A stretch of DNA of 40,404 nucleotides from Clostridia bacterium. Its GTDB lineage: Bacteria; UBA6262; WVXT01; JAUXBS01. Positions within the stretch are counted from its first letter, which is position 1. Each line of letters begins with the position of its first letter. Shown piece after piece: positions 1 through 7,730 of this stretch. The stretch covers positions 1 to 40,404 of the forward strand of contig JAUXDE010000001.1 in the NCBI GenBank assembly GCA_030618495.1, given 5' to 3'. The notes beneath the pieces are model-generated. The model ran no database searches, was not told the DNA's origin, and saw nothing but the letters and a program-made list of their open reading frames with translations. The translations under genes and the position numbers were made by a program.

Positions 1-1147
1 GCTGGGCAAGCATCAATGCCCTGTGCCTGATCTTCTTCACCTTTTCGGTAACCTGACCGGAGTAGTTATATGCCCTGGTCCCCTTCTCTCTTGAGTATTC
101 AAAAACTCCAACCCTGTCAAATCTTGTTTGGCTGACAAAATCAAGAAGCTCCCTGAACTGCCTGTCCGTCTCTCCCGGGAAGCCCGTTATCAGGGACGTG
201 CGGAGCGCTATCCCGGGAACGTTCCTCCTGAGTTTTTCTATCAACGCAACAATCTCTCTTCTTTCTATTTTCCTTCCCATCCTCTTTAGGATACTGTCAT
301 TAATATGCTGAAGGGGCAGGTCAATGTATTTACAGATTGACGGCTCTTCCTTCATGAATTCAATCAATTCATCGTCAAGGTGAGCGGGATGCGTATACAA
401 CAGCCTTAGCCACCCGCATGCTTTTATAGCAACCAGCCTTCTTAAGAGTTCAACCAGTTTCCGGCTGCCGTAGATGTCCGTGCCGTAAAAAGTTGTATCC
501 TGGGCAATCAGGTTAATTTCCGCTATCCTGTTATTATCGGAAAGTTTTCTTACTTCCTTTACAATAGAAGCCATCTTCCGGCTGCGGTATTTGCCCCTGA
601 GTCCGGGTATCAAACAGTAACTACACCTGTTACTGCATCCGTCCGCTATTTTCATGTAAACGTAATGCGAGGGTGTCAGGATATGCCTTGGATGAGACCC
701 ATTATATAAAAAATTCGGATTGGAATCAACAATAAATGGCCTACTCCTTGCCGGGGATTCATGCGGGGCGATTTTCGCGGCGCGGGACGAAGTTATTTTT
801 TTTATTATACTGTCGATTTTCGGGAAATCAGATGACCCGACAAACGCATCCACTTCACCGAAACCGTCGAGGAGTTCCTTCTTCTTATACTTCTGAGGGA
901 GGCATCCGGCAACTATCAGGTACTTTATTTTGTTCTTCTTCTTAAGTTGGGCAAGTTCAAGTATCCTGTCAACCGATTCTTTCGTCGCCTTCTCTATGAA
1001 ACTGCAGGTATTGACAATGGCTATGTCCGAACCTTCTGCGTTTTCCGAAACAATCCAACCCTTTTTTTTCAATATGCCCAGCATTACCTCGGAATCCACG
1101 AGATTCTTGGGACAACCCAGACTTATAATACTGACTTTTCGTTTCAT
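1..1147 (-). CDS. rimO: Ribosomal protein S12 methylthiotransferase RimO (radical SAM, MiaB family); C-terminus cut by window edge
   Basis: Translating the minus strand from ATG 1147-1145 gives MKRKVSIISLGCPKNLVDSEVMLGILKKKGW..., with a CSNRCSYC (CxxxCxxC) radical-SAM motif. The frame stays open to position 1. It is absent from the ORF track because no stop lies inside the window. Confidence 0.8.
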   Translation of the reverse strand, partial: MKRKVSIISLGCPKNLVDSEVMLGILKKKGWIVSENAEGSDIAIVNTCSFIEKATKESVDRILELAQLKKKNKIKYLIVAGCLPQKYKKKELLDGFGEVDAFVGSSDFPKIDSIIKKITSSRAAKIAPHESPARSRPFIVDSNPNFLYNGSHPRHILTPSHYVYMKIADGCSNRCSYCLIPGLRGKYRSRKMASIVKEVRKLSDNNRIAEINLIAQDTTFYGTDIYGSRKLVELLRRLVAIKACGWLRLLYTHPAHLDDELIEFMKEEPSICKYIDLPLQHINDSILKRMGRKIERREIVALIEKLRRNVPGIALRTSLITGFPGETDRQFRELLDFVSQTRFDRVGVFEYSREKGTRAYNYSGQVTEKVKKIRHRALMLAQ

Positions 1148-1150
1148 GAT

Positions 1151-1175
1151 AATTTGGGGACACGTACCTAATTAT
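1151..1175. repeat. 25-bp terminal inverted repeat (left copy) of the RAYT-like element
   Basis: Perfect reverse complement of 1956-1980, read directly from the sequence. Confidence 0.85.
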
Positions 1176-1828
1176 TTTTTTTGGGGTCCCGGTTTCTTTT
1201 TCTTCAGTATCTTTCCGGTTAACCTTTCAAGTTTACTAATAAATACATCATTTCCTAAAGGTCGTCCTGTGAACGCATTTTCTCTAAAACAATCCACATA
1301 TCTTCTTTCAACCTTTTCACCTAAATACAATGACCAGTCCTTAACTTTTGGTAGCATAGAATCATCAGAAAGTAAAACATCTTTTTTTTGAAACACATGC
1401 GCCTTCGCACTTGACCATGGATAGTTCTCTGCCTTTTTAACCAAACCTGCTCTTACCGGATTAAGCTCAACATACTTAATAGCATAATAAAGGTATTGTT
1501 CATCCATTGGATAAGATACGAATCGGCCCTGCCATAAGTATCCCGTCCATTCCTCTCTTGCATTAATCATACGAGTATACTTTTTATGCACTTCCCCTAT
1601 TCCCCTTGCCAGACTTTCTCCATTTTTGGGAATTACAATTAAATGCACATGGTTGTCCATTAAACAATATGCAATAAATGATAATCCAGCTTCAACTGCG
1701 TAATGACTCAAAAGTTTAAGATACTTTTCTCTGTCATTATCATTAAAAAATACTTTCTGCCGCCGGTTGCCCCGCTGAATAACATGATGAGGAATATCAG
1801 GTATGACTACTCTTGCAAGTCTTGCCAT
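1172..1828 (-). CDS. REP-associated tyrosine transposase (RAYT) / IS200-like Y1 HUH transposase
   Basis: 218-aa ORF. The HUH motif MDNHVHLIVIP is present. The pattern WQGRF...YAIKYVELNPVRAGLV...YPWSS is typical of the IS200-like/RayT transposase fold (Pfam Y1_Tnp). Confidence 0.8.
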   Translation of the reverse strand: MARLARVVIPDIPHHVIQRGNRRQKVFFNDNDREKYLKLLSHYAVEAGLSFIAYCLMDNHVHLIVIPKNGESLARGIGEVHKKYTRMINAREEWTGYLWQGRFVSYPMDEQYLYYAIKYVELNPVRAGLVKKAENYPWSSAKAHVFQKKDVLLSDDSMLPKVKDWSLYLGEKVERRYVDCFRENAFTGRPLGNDVFISKLERLTGKILKKKKPGPQKK

Positions 1829-1955
1829 GCTTTAATTTTATCATATAATAATAATTAAATTCAAGTATATTAAACATATTCTTTAGAAAAGTATTTTTTA
1901 TACAGAGATTGAATGCTTGATTAATTGGAATTCTAAGAATGGTATTTCAAGAATA

Positions 1956-1980
1956 ATAATTAGGTACGTGTCCCCAAATT
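1956..1980. repeat. 25-bp terminal inverted repeat (right copy) of the RAYT-like element
   Basis: Perfect reverse complement of 1151-1175. Confidence 0.85.
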
Positions 1981-2064
1981 ATTTTAAAAAAAACCGAGTT
2001 ACCAACTTTTATGAAAACCCACGAATCAGTATTTCACTGATAATATGGACATTGGTAACTCGGT
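1981..2064 (-). terminator. Long hairpin followed by U-run on the minus-strand transcript (likely terminator of the aldolase/ADH/truA transcription unit, or a second REP-like hairpin)
   Basis: accgagttaccaa (1993-2005) and ttggtaactcggt (2052-2064) form a perfect 13-bp inverted repeat. The 46-nt spacer contains an inner 6-bp stem (atcagt...actgat). On the minus strand the stem is followed by TTTTTTTTAAAAT (complement of 1981-1992). Confidence 0.4.
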
Positions 2065-2113
2065 CAATTTAATTATAGCAAATCATGCATGTTTTGTCAA
2101 GTATTATCTTTAA

Positions 2114-2908
2114 TTATTTTTTTCTTTTCTTTTTTAGTGAGTTGTAAAGTTCAAAAGCCTCATCTACGGACGCTTTCTTATGCACAATCTGCCTGACCGC
2201 CTTTATCATCGGAACGGGAGCATCCGACTGGAAGATATTCCTTCCCATATCCACCCCTGTCGCGCCCCTGCTGATGGCATCATGGGCAAGCTTCAGCGCA
2301 TCTTTTTCCTCTATTTTTTTACCGCCTGCTATTACCACCGGTACGGGGCAGGTATTTACGACCTTTTCAAACTCGTCACAGTAGTAGGTTTTTACTATGT
2401 GAGCGCCGAGCTCCGCAGCAATGCGGCACGCCAACGACAGATAGCGCGCATCCCTTGTCATTTCCTTGCCGACAGCGGTTACCGCAAGCACCACTATACC
2501 GCACCTGTTCGCCTCATCAATGAGTTTCGCCAGGTTCAACAGCGTCTGGTGCTGGTATTCTGACCCGACGTAAACAGACAGCGCCACGCCGCTCACGTTC
2601 AACCGGATTGCATCCTCCATCGAAACAGTGATTCCCTCGTTTGACAGGTCATCCGCGACGATGCTGTTCCCACCGGACATCCTGAGCATAATCGGGATAT
2701 TAAAATCCGGGTTCACAGCTGTCCTCAGCGCGCCCCTGGTAAGCATGAGGGTATCAGCATAAGGAATGAGCGGGTCCAGTGTTTTTTTTAAATCCTCAAG
2801 CCCCGATGTCGGACCTAAAAAATACCCGTGGTCTACCGCCAGCATGACAACCTTTCCTGTCTTTGGATTAATAATTCTTGATAACCTATTCTTCAATCCC
2901 CAGTCCAT
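2114..2908 (-). CDS. Class I aldolase of the DhnA/FbaB/LsrF family
   Basis: 264-aa ORF: VVMLAVDHGYFLGP..., (beta/alpha)8 aldolase family signature with a Schiff-base lysine region (IVKTYY). A family-level call only. Confidence 0.65.
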   Translation of the reverse strand: MDWGLKNRLSRIINPKTGKVVMLAVDHGYFLGPTSGLEDLKKTLDPLIPYADTLMLTRGALRTAVNPDFNIPIMLRMSGGNSIVADDLSNEGITVSMEDAIRLNVSGVALSVYVGSEYQHQTLLNLAKLIDEANRCGIVVLAVTAVGKEMTRDARYLSLACRIAAELGAHIVKTYYCDEFEKVVNTCPVPVVIAGGKKIEEKDALKLAHDAISRGATGVDMGRNIFQSDAPVPMIKAVRQIVHKKASVDEAFELYNSLKKKRKK

Positions 2909-2942
2909 TTTATTTCCTCCCTTTCTAATACATTAACGTTTT

Positions 2943-3974
2943 TTATTTCTGCGGCTCTATTATCACTTTTACGCAATCCCTTCCCTCGTCAAGGAGCCTG
3001 AATCCCTTGCTGGCATCCTCAAGTCCGAAACGGTGCGTGATAAGTTTTTTTACGGGCATTTTGCCTTCGCTCATCAACTTCAGCGCCTGCTCCTGTTCCG
3101 AAGGATGGTTGGCATAGGAAGAAACAATCGTTATTTCATTGCGCCAGAAAATCTTATTAACGGGCAGGGTTATGTCCGCATTATCCTTGATTGCGGAGAA
3201 CACGAGCAGTGTCCCGCCCTTCTCAACCGAATCAAGCGCCTGGTACATCGCTGATGTCGCTCCGGCGCACAGGATAACGATATCCGCCAGCCTGCCGTCA
3301 TTGATTTCCCTGAACTTATCAGGATTATATGATTTTGCGCTTACCGTGGAATCCGCCCCCGACTCCTTAGCCTTTTCCAGTTTGAAATCGCTGATATCCG
3401 TTGCCATTATGCGAGAGGCGCCGCTTGCCCGGGCAAGCATGATATGCAATAGCCCCGATATGCCGCTTCCTATAACCAGGACACTCCTGCCCGGCTTCAT
3501 GTTCACATGTTTCTGAGCCCGTACAACGCAGGCTACCGGTTCGCTGAAGGAACCTTCTTCAAACGACAGGTTATCCGGCAGTAAGTATACTCCTTTTTGC
3601 CTGATATTTATTTCCGGGATGCGCACGAACTCCGCAAAACCTCCGGGATAAAATTTTGTCTTTCTCAGCATATCGCACACAGAACTATGGTCATTTTTAC
3701 AGTAATGGCATTGATTGCATGGAACGTGGTGAGACGCTGACACTCTCTGGCCAACATTGAAACCGCTGACATCCCTGCCAATTTCCGCGATTTCACCTGC
3801 TATCTCATGGCCTAAAACAACAGGACCCCTGTCCCTGCGGTACCACTCCATTATATCGGAGCCGCATATACCGCTTGCCTCTATGCGTATGAGAATTTCG
3901 CCCGGACCTATTTCAGGTTTTGGCATCTCTTCAAGCCGGACATCCTTATTGCTGTAATACATCGCTACACGCAT
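2943..3974 (-). CDS. Zinc-dependent medium-chain alcohol/polyol dehydrogenase (sorbitol/threonine dehydrogenase-like)
   Basis: 343 aa: GICGSD catalytic Zn motif, CxxCxxC...C structural Zn site (CNQCHYCKNDHSSVC), GSGISG Rossmann motif. Confidence 0.8.
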   Translation of the reverse strand: MRVAMYYSNKDVRLEEMPKPEIGPGEILIRIEASGICGSDIMEWYRRDRGPVVLGHEIAGEIAEIGRDVSGFNVGQRVSASHHVPCNQCHYCKNDHSSVCDMLRKTKFYPGGFAEFVRIPEINIRQKGVYLLPDNLSFEEGSFSEPVACVVRAQKHVNMKPGRSVLVIGSGISGLLHIMLARASGASRIMATDISDFKLEKAKESGADSTVSAKSYNPDKFREINDGRLADIVILCAGATSAMYQALDSVEKGGTLLVFSAIKDNADITLPVNKIFWRNEITIVSSYANHPSEQEQALKLMSEGKMPVKKLITHRFGLEDASKGFRLLDEGRDCVKVIIEPQK

Positions 3975-4035
3975 AATTCAAATTCCTTTATTTTTATTGT
4001 AGTATACAACCAGAATAATAAAGTGTCAACTATTT

Positions 4036-4845
4036 TTATTTATACTTAACCTTCATAAGGCATAAACCCTTTGCGGGCGCGGTTTTATATTCTTTGTCGA
4101 TTTTTCCTTTTTTTAAAACAGTTTCTGCCCATTTTGGCCCAACCTTTCCCTTCCCGACGTGTACGAGCAGTCCCACAATGTTTCTTGCCATCCTGTACAG
4201 GAAAAAGTCAGCTTCAATAACTACCCTGTACAGGCTGCCCTTCTTTATGATATCAAGGCGTTTCAGGTTGCAGAAATTATTATTCCTTGGTGAACCTGTT
4301 GAGGAAAACGCGGAAAAATCACTCCTGCCCTGAAGATAGCCTGCTGACTTCACTACCTTCCTCCAGTCAAGCTCCTGCCAGATATGCCAGTAGAAATTCC
4401 TGTCAAGAACTTCCGGGTACTGCTGGTTCAGTATGCGGTATTCATATATCTTGGACCTTGCAGCGTATCGCGCGTTAAACGATTTTTCCGCCTTTGCCAT
4501 TTTCGAAATAACTATATCCTTCGGCAGCATGGAGTTCAGGGAATGCTGCAGGACTTTAAGAGATACCTTGTCGTCCTTTACCAGAAAATTAGCCGTCTGG
4601 CCTGAAGCATGAACCCCCGCATCGGTCCTTGAAGCGCCTGTTATTTTCACGTCTTTCTGAAAGATTCTCTTTAGCTGTTTTTCAATCTCACCCTGTACTG
4701 TTTTGCGGGTTTGTATATTACGGCTTCCCTTTCCCCCGGATTTCCTTCTCTGCACCTGCCATCCTGAATAGGCAGTACCTTCATATTGAACAGTCATTTT
4801 AATATTCACTAAAGGAATCTTACCATACTTGTTAAATTCTTTCAA
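4036..4845 (-). CDS. truA: tRNA pseudouridine(38-40) synthase TruA
   Basis: RTDAGVHA active-site motif. The ORF track start is at 4845, but homology suggests the true start may be the internal Met (MTVQYEG...) near 4797. Confidence 0.8.
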   Translation of the reverse strand: MKEFNKYGKIPLVNIKMTVQYEGTAYSGWQVQRRKSGGKGSRNIQTRKTVQGEIEKQLKRIFQKDVKITGASRTDAGVHASGQTANFLVKDDKVSLKVLQHSLNSMLPKDIVISKMAKAEKSFNARYAARSKIYEYRILNQQYPEVLDRNFYWHIWQELDWRKVVKSAGYLQGRSDFSAFSSTGSPRNNNFCNLKRLDIIKKGSLYRVVIEADFFLYRMARNIVGLLVHVGKGKVGPKWAETVLKKGKIDKEYKTAPAKGLCLMKVKYK

Positions 4846-4898
4846 TAAAAAACCGGTTTTTTATTGCTTTTTTATTTTAATTATGTTATATATCCATA

Positions 4899-5588
4899 AT
4901 GAAAAAGAGGATTCTTTTAGTAGAGGACACCGAGGACTGGATTAATCTTGTTTCTATAGCGCTGGAAGAGGAGTCCTACTGCCTCATTTCGGCTCCCACT
5001 ATCAGGGATGCAAGAAAAAAAATAAAACAGTCCAAACCGGACCTCATCATACTTGACCTCAGGCTCCCGGATGGAGACGGCGTTGAGTTCTGCAAAGAAT
5101 TAAGGTCAAACAAGAATACAAAGCATTTCCCCATAATCATGCTTACCACAAAGGAAAAGGAAGCACAGGTAATCGTCGGGCTGGAACTCGGAGCCGATGA
5201 TTATATCAGGAAATCCGCATTCAAAGAGGGGGAACTCCTTGCCCGTATCAAATCACTCCTGAGAAGAACCGACAGGATAGAGGAGCCCAGTAAAATCCTG
5301 AAATCAGGCACACTTTCAATTGACATTGAAAAAAGAGCCGTTCTCATCAACAAAAAACAGGTAAAACTGAACCCGAAGGAATTTGACCTGATGCACCTTC
5401 TTATGTCTAAAAAAGGCAAGCCACTCAACAGGACCTTCCTTACTGAAAGCGTATGGGGCTTTGAATACTTCGGGACAAGCCGGACAATTGATTTTCATGT
5501 CGCGCAGCTCAGGAAAAAGCTCAAACCCCATGGAAAAAAAATAATAACCCTTAAGGGTATCGGGTACAAGTTTGATGAAAATAAATAA
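4899..5588 (+). CDS. OmpR/PhoB-family response regulator (receiver + winged-helix); no cognate histidine kinase adjacent
   Basis: 229 aa: the receiver domain shows the conserved D-D-K pattern (LLVEDTED...ILDLRLPDGDG...). The C-terminal trans_reg_C winged helix ends in (T)LKGIGYKF. Confidence 0.85.
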   Translation: MKKRILLVEDTEDWINLVSIALEEESYCLISAPTIRDARKKIKQSKPDLIILDLRLPDGDGVEFCKELRSNKNTKHFPIIMLTTKEKEAQVIVGLELGADDYIRKSAFKEGELLARIKSLLRRTDRIEEPSKILKSGTLSIDIEKRAVLINKKQVKLNPKEFDLMHLLMSKKGKPLNRTFLTESVWGFEYFGTSRTIDFHVAQLRKKLKPHGKKIITLKGIGYKFDENK

Positions 5589-6564
5589 GTCATTTCATGG
5601 CTATACTCCATTAACCGCACCTCTCGTTTCCTTTATTATATTATTAACAGCATTTTTACTCATTGGCGCAAACGAAGCGCATTCCGAAGCCCTGCCTGGA
5701 GAAAAAAGAGCCCTGAAGCGCGCTGTAGATGTATACAACAGCGGCAATTTCCTCATAGCGCTGAAGCGTTTCCAGGGTTTCATAAAGAACTTCCCCGACA
5801 GCGAATCCGCTGTGAAGGTGAAATTACACATCGCATCCTGCCATGAAAAATCAGGTGAACTGGATAATGCCGTAAGGACCTATATTTCCATAATTGAAAA
5901 CCGCTGTGATAAAGAGGATATTTTGAGCGCAGCAGTATCCCTTGGAAAAACCAACAACAAAATCGCCAGGAAATACCTTGAAGAGAAACTTTTAACCAGA
6001 AACATCCCGGTAAGAGCCGCGGTAGCCGAAGCCCTGGGAATAATAGGCAATAACAGTACGGCAAATAAAATGATGACTGTACTTAAAAACGAACGGGAAA
6101 AGAACATCCAGGAAAAACTATTGTCGTCAATAACAAACATCAAGGGAATGGGTATCAGTGTCAGATCATTAACATCTCTTTTTAAAAAAGGCGGGGAAGA
6201 CCTGAAAATCAGTATAGTCAAAATCCTTTCACTCATGAAAAAAAACAGCGTAATAAAATTCCTGCGGAAGCAACTTGGAACCTCTTCCGCCAGGCTTAAA
6301 CCATACATAATCTGGGCGCTGGCAAGAATAGACCCCTACCTTTACGGGGTACGCCTTGAAGGAACCATAAGAAAAGAAGAAGATAGTTCATGGTGGCTCG
6401 TCCAGGATAAGACCGGCAAGAAATACGAACTTAAAAAACCCGATATAAATGAACCAATCCCTGATAAAGAATTAAAAGAATTTAATGATAAGAAAGTTAT
6501 TTTATTCGGTGGTAACTACCAGGATAGGATACTTTATCTTTATAATGATATTTACTTGAAGTAA
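5572..6564 (+). CDS. Secreted hypothetical protein with HEAT/PBS-lyase-like repeats
   Basis: 330 aa with an N-terminal signal/TM segment and repeated AVAEALGIIGN-like helical repeats. Its start overlaps the response-regulator stop by 17 nt. Confidence 0.55.
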   Translation: MMKINKSFHGYTPLTAPLVSFIILLTAFLLIGANEAHSEALPGEKRALKRAVDVYNSGNFLIALKRFQGFIKNFPDSESAVKVKLHIASCHEKSGELDNAVRTYISIIENRCDKEDILSAAVSLGKTNNKIARKYLEEKLLTRNIPVRAAVAEALGIIGNNSTANKMMTVLKNEREKNIQEKLLSSITNIKGMGISVRSLTSLFKKGGEDLKISIVKILSLMKKNSVIKFLRKQLGTSSARLKPYIIWALARIDPYLYGVRLEGTIRKEEDSSWWLVQDKTGKKYELKKPDINEPIPDKELKEFNDKKVILFGGNYQDRILYLYNDIYLK

Positions 6565-6567
6565 CTC

Positions 6568-7287
6568 TTACCTGAAACTAATGCTCAATCTCACTATGCC
6601 CGTACTTTCAAACCTGCTCGGATCAAGAGGTAGCACGTAGGTATAATCAGGTACCAGGAAAATCCTTTCGGCAATCCTTAAATTGAGCGCTAATTTTAGC
6701 TGCAACACGGTAAACTGAGGATCACTTTCCACAAACTGGCCGAAATCAAATCCCACGATAGAGCCCACGTTAAAAAATACTTTACTGCTGCTCTTGCCCA
6801 GGTCAACAGAGAAAACTAACTCGGTATAGGCAGCGCCGGCTTTGGCGATATCAAAATATGCCGTCAAACCGCTGTAACAACTCAACTGGCCGAGTTTGCC
6901 CTTGTACAGAAAACTGCTGTAAACTTCTCCCTGCTGCGGTCTTTTCTGCTCGCCCAGTCCCATTACCTGGTAATATATGTATCCCCCTTTTATATCAATC
7001 TTTTTCGTTTTGTAAGTTAAATACAGGTACCAATTCCCTTCGTCAACTTCATTGTCATCAAAACTATGGGACAGGAATGGGATAATCCCAATCCCCAGCC
7101 TGTCATCTTTTGAAACCTTCATGGAAAATTCAAGTTCACCCTGGACATGTGGATTGATATCTTCCTTAACGCGCCAGAAGAAGTTGTTTAATACCCCGAG
7201 GTTGAACAAAACATTGGCAGAAAATCCACTTGCGGGAAAAATCGCAGTAATAAATAATAATATTAATGTTATTTTTATTAACTTCAT
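6568..7287 (-). CDS. Hypothetical secreted / outer-membrane beta-barrel-like protein
   Basis: 239 aa with a signal peptide (MKLIKITLILLFITAIFPASGFSA) and alternating hydrophobic beta-strand-like pattern. Its stop is 3 nt from the convergent plus-strand gene stop. Confidence 0.5.
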   Translation of the reverse strand: MKLIKITLILLFITAIFPASGFSANVLFNLGVLNNFFWRVKEDINPHVQGELEFSMKVSKDDRLGIGIIPFLSHSFDDNEVDEGNWYLYLTYKTKKIDIKGGYIYYQVMGLGEQKRPQQGEVYSSFLYKGKLGQLSCYSGLTAYFDIAKAGAAYTELVFSVDLGKSSSKVFFNVGSIVGFDFGQFVESDPQFTVLQLKLALNLRIAERIFLVPDYTYVLPLDPSRFESTGIVRLSISFR

Positions 7288-7485
7288 AATTTATACATGC
7301 CTTTCAATAAAATTATACCATATGATTTCTACTTTGACAAGTCTTTTCTTATTTTTTCTGTTTTTAGGATTTATTCTCTTCGGTCTTATTTGTGGGCGTT
7401 CCGGGTTTTATTACTTTATACTTTGTTATAACCGTGGACTCTGACTCCTCCGGTTTCTTTTTCACGGGAATTTCCTTTATGGCTA

Positions 7486-7668
7486 TCACCTTGTCCATGT
7501 CAACATAGCAGCAGCTCCACTCTTCGCCTCATTCTTCCTGTTGATTAACTTCACCGCATGCTCATTGGATTCCCTTGAAAGCCAGCCCCTCCATCTGGAT
7601 ATGTTCTCATTGGTGAAAACCATCACCAATTTACCCGTCAGTTTTTTCAAAATAGCTTTATTAATCAT
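7486..7668 (-). CDS. Small hypothetical ORF (60 aa) downstream of the secretion ATPase
   Basis: ORF-track entry only. No recognisable domain. A second 44-aa minus-strand ORF (ATG at 7498, MDKVIAIKEIPVKKKPEE...) partly overlaps it. Confidence 0.2.
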   Translation of the reverse strand: MINKAILKKLTGKLVMVFTNENISRWRGWLSRESNEHAVKLINRKNEAKSGAAAMLTWTR

Positions 7669-7730
7669 TCCAACTCCGTATTTTATATCCCGTCAACACA
7701 GCCCGTGGGATACCCAATAATATCGTTTTT

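Larger units (their letters stand above)
1151..1980 (-). mobile_element. RAYT / IS200-like minimal element: HUH tyrosine transposase gene bounded by perfect 25-bp inverted repeats
   Basis: aatttggggacacgtacctaattat (1151-1175) is the exact reverse complement of ataattaggtacgtgtccccaaatt (1956-1980). The single ORF between them encodes a Y1 HUH transposase. The transposase stop codon (1174-1172) lies inside the left repeat. Confidence 0.7.

Noticed and set aside
736-1391. Plus-strand ORFs 736-945, 930-1391 and 947-1171 from the ORF track
   Set aside because: They lie antisense to the rimO reading frame, which has clear radical-SAM homology. They have low-complexity translations and no start context. 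They are shadow ORFs.
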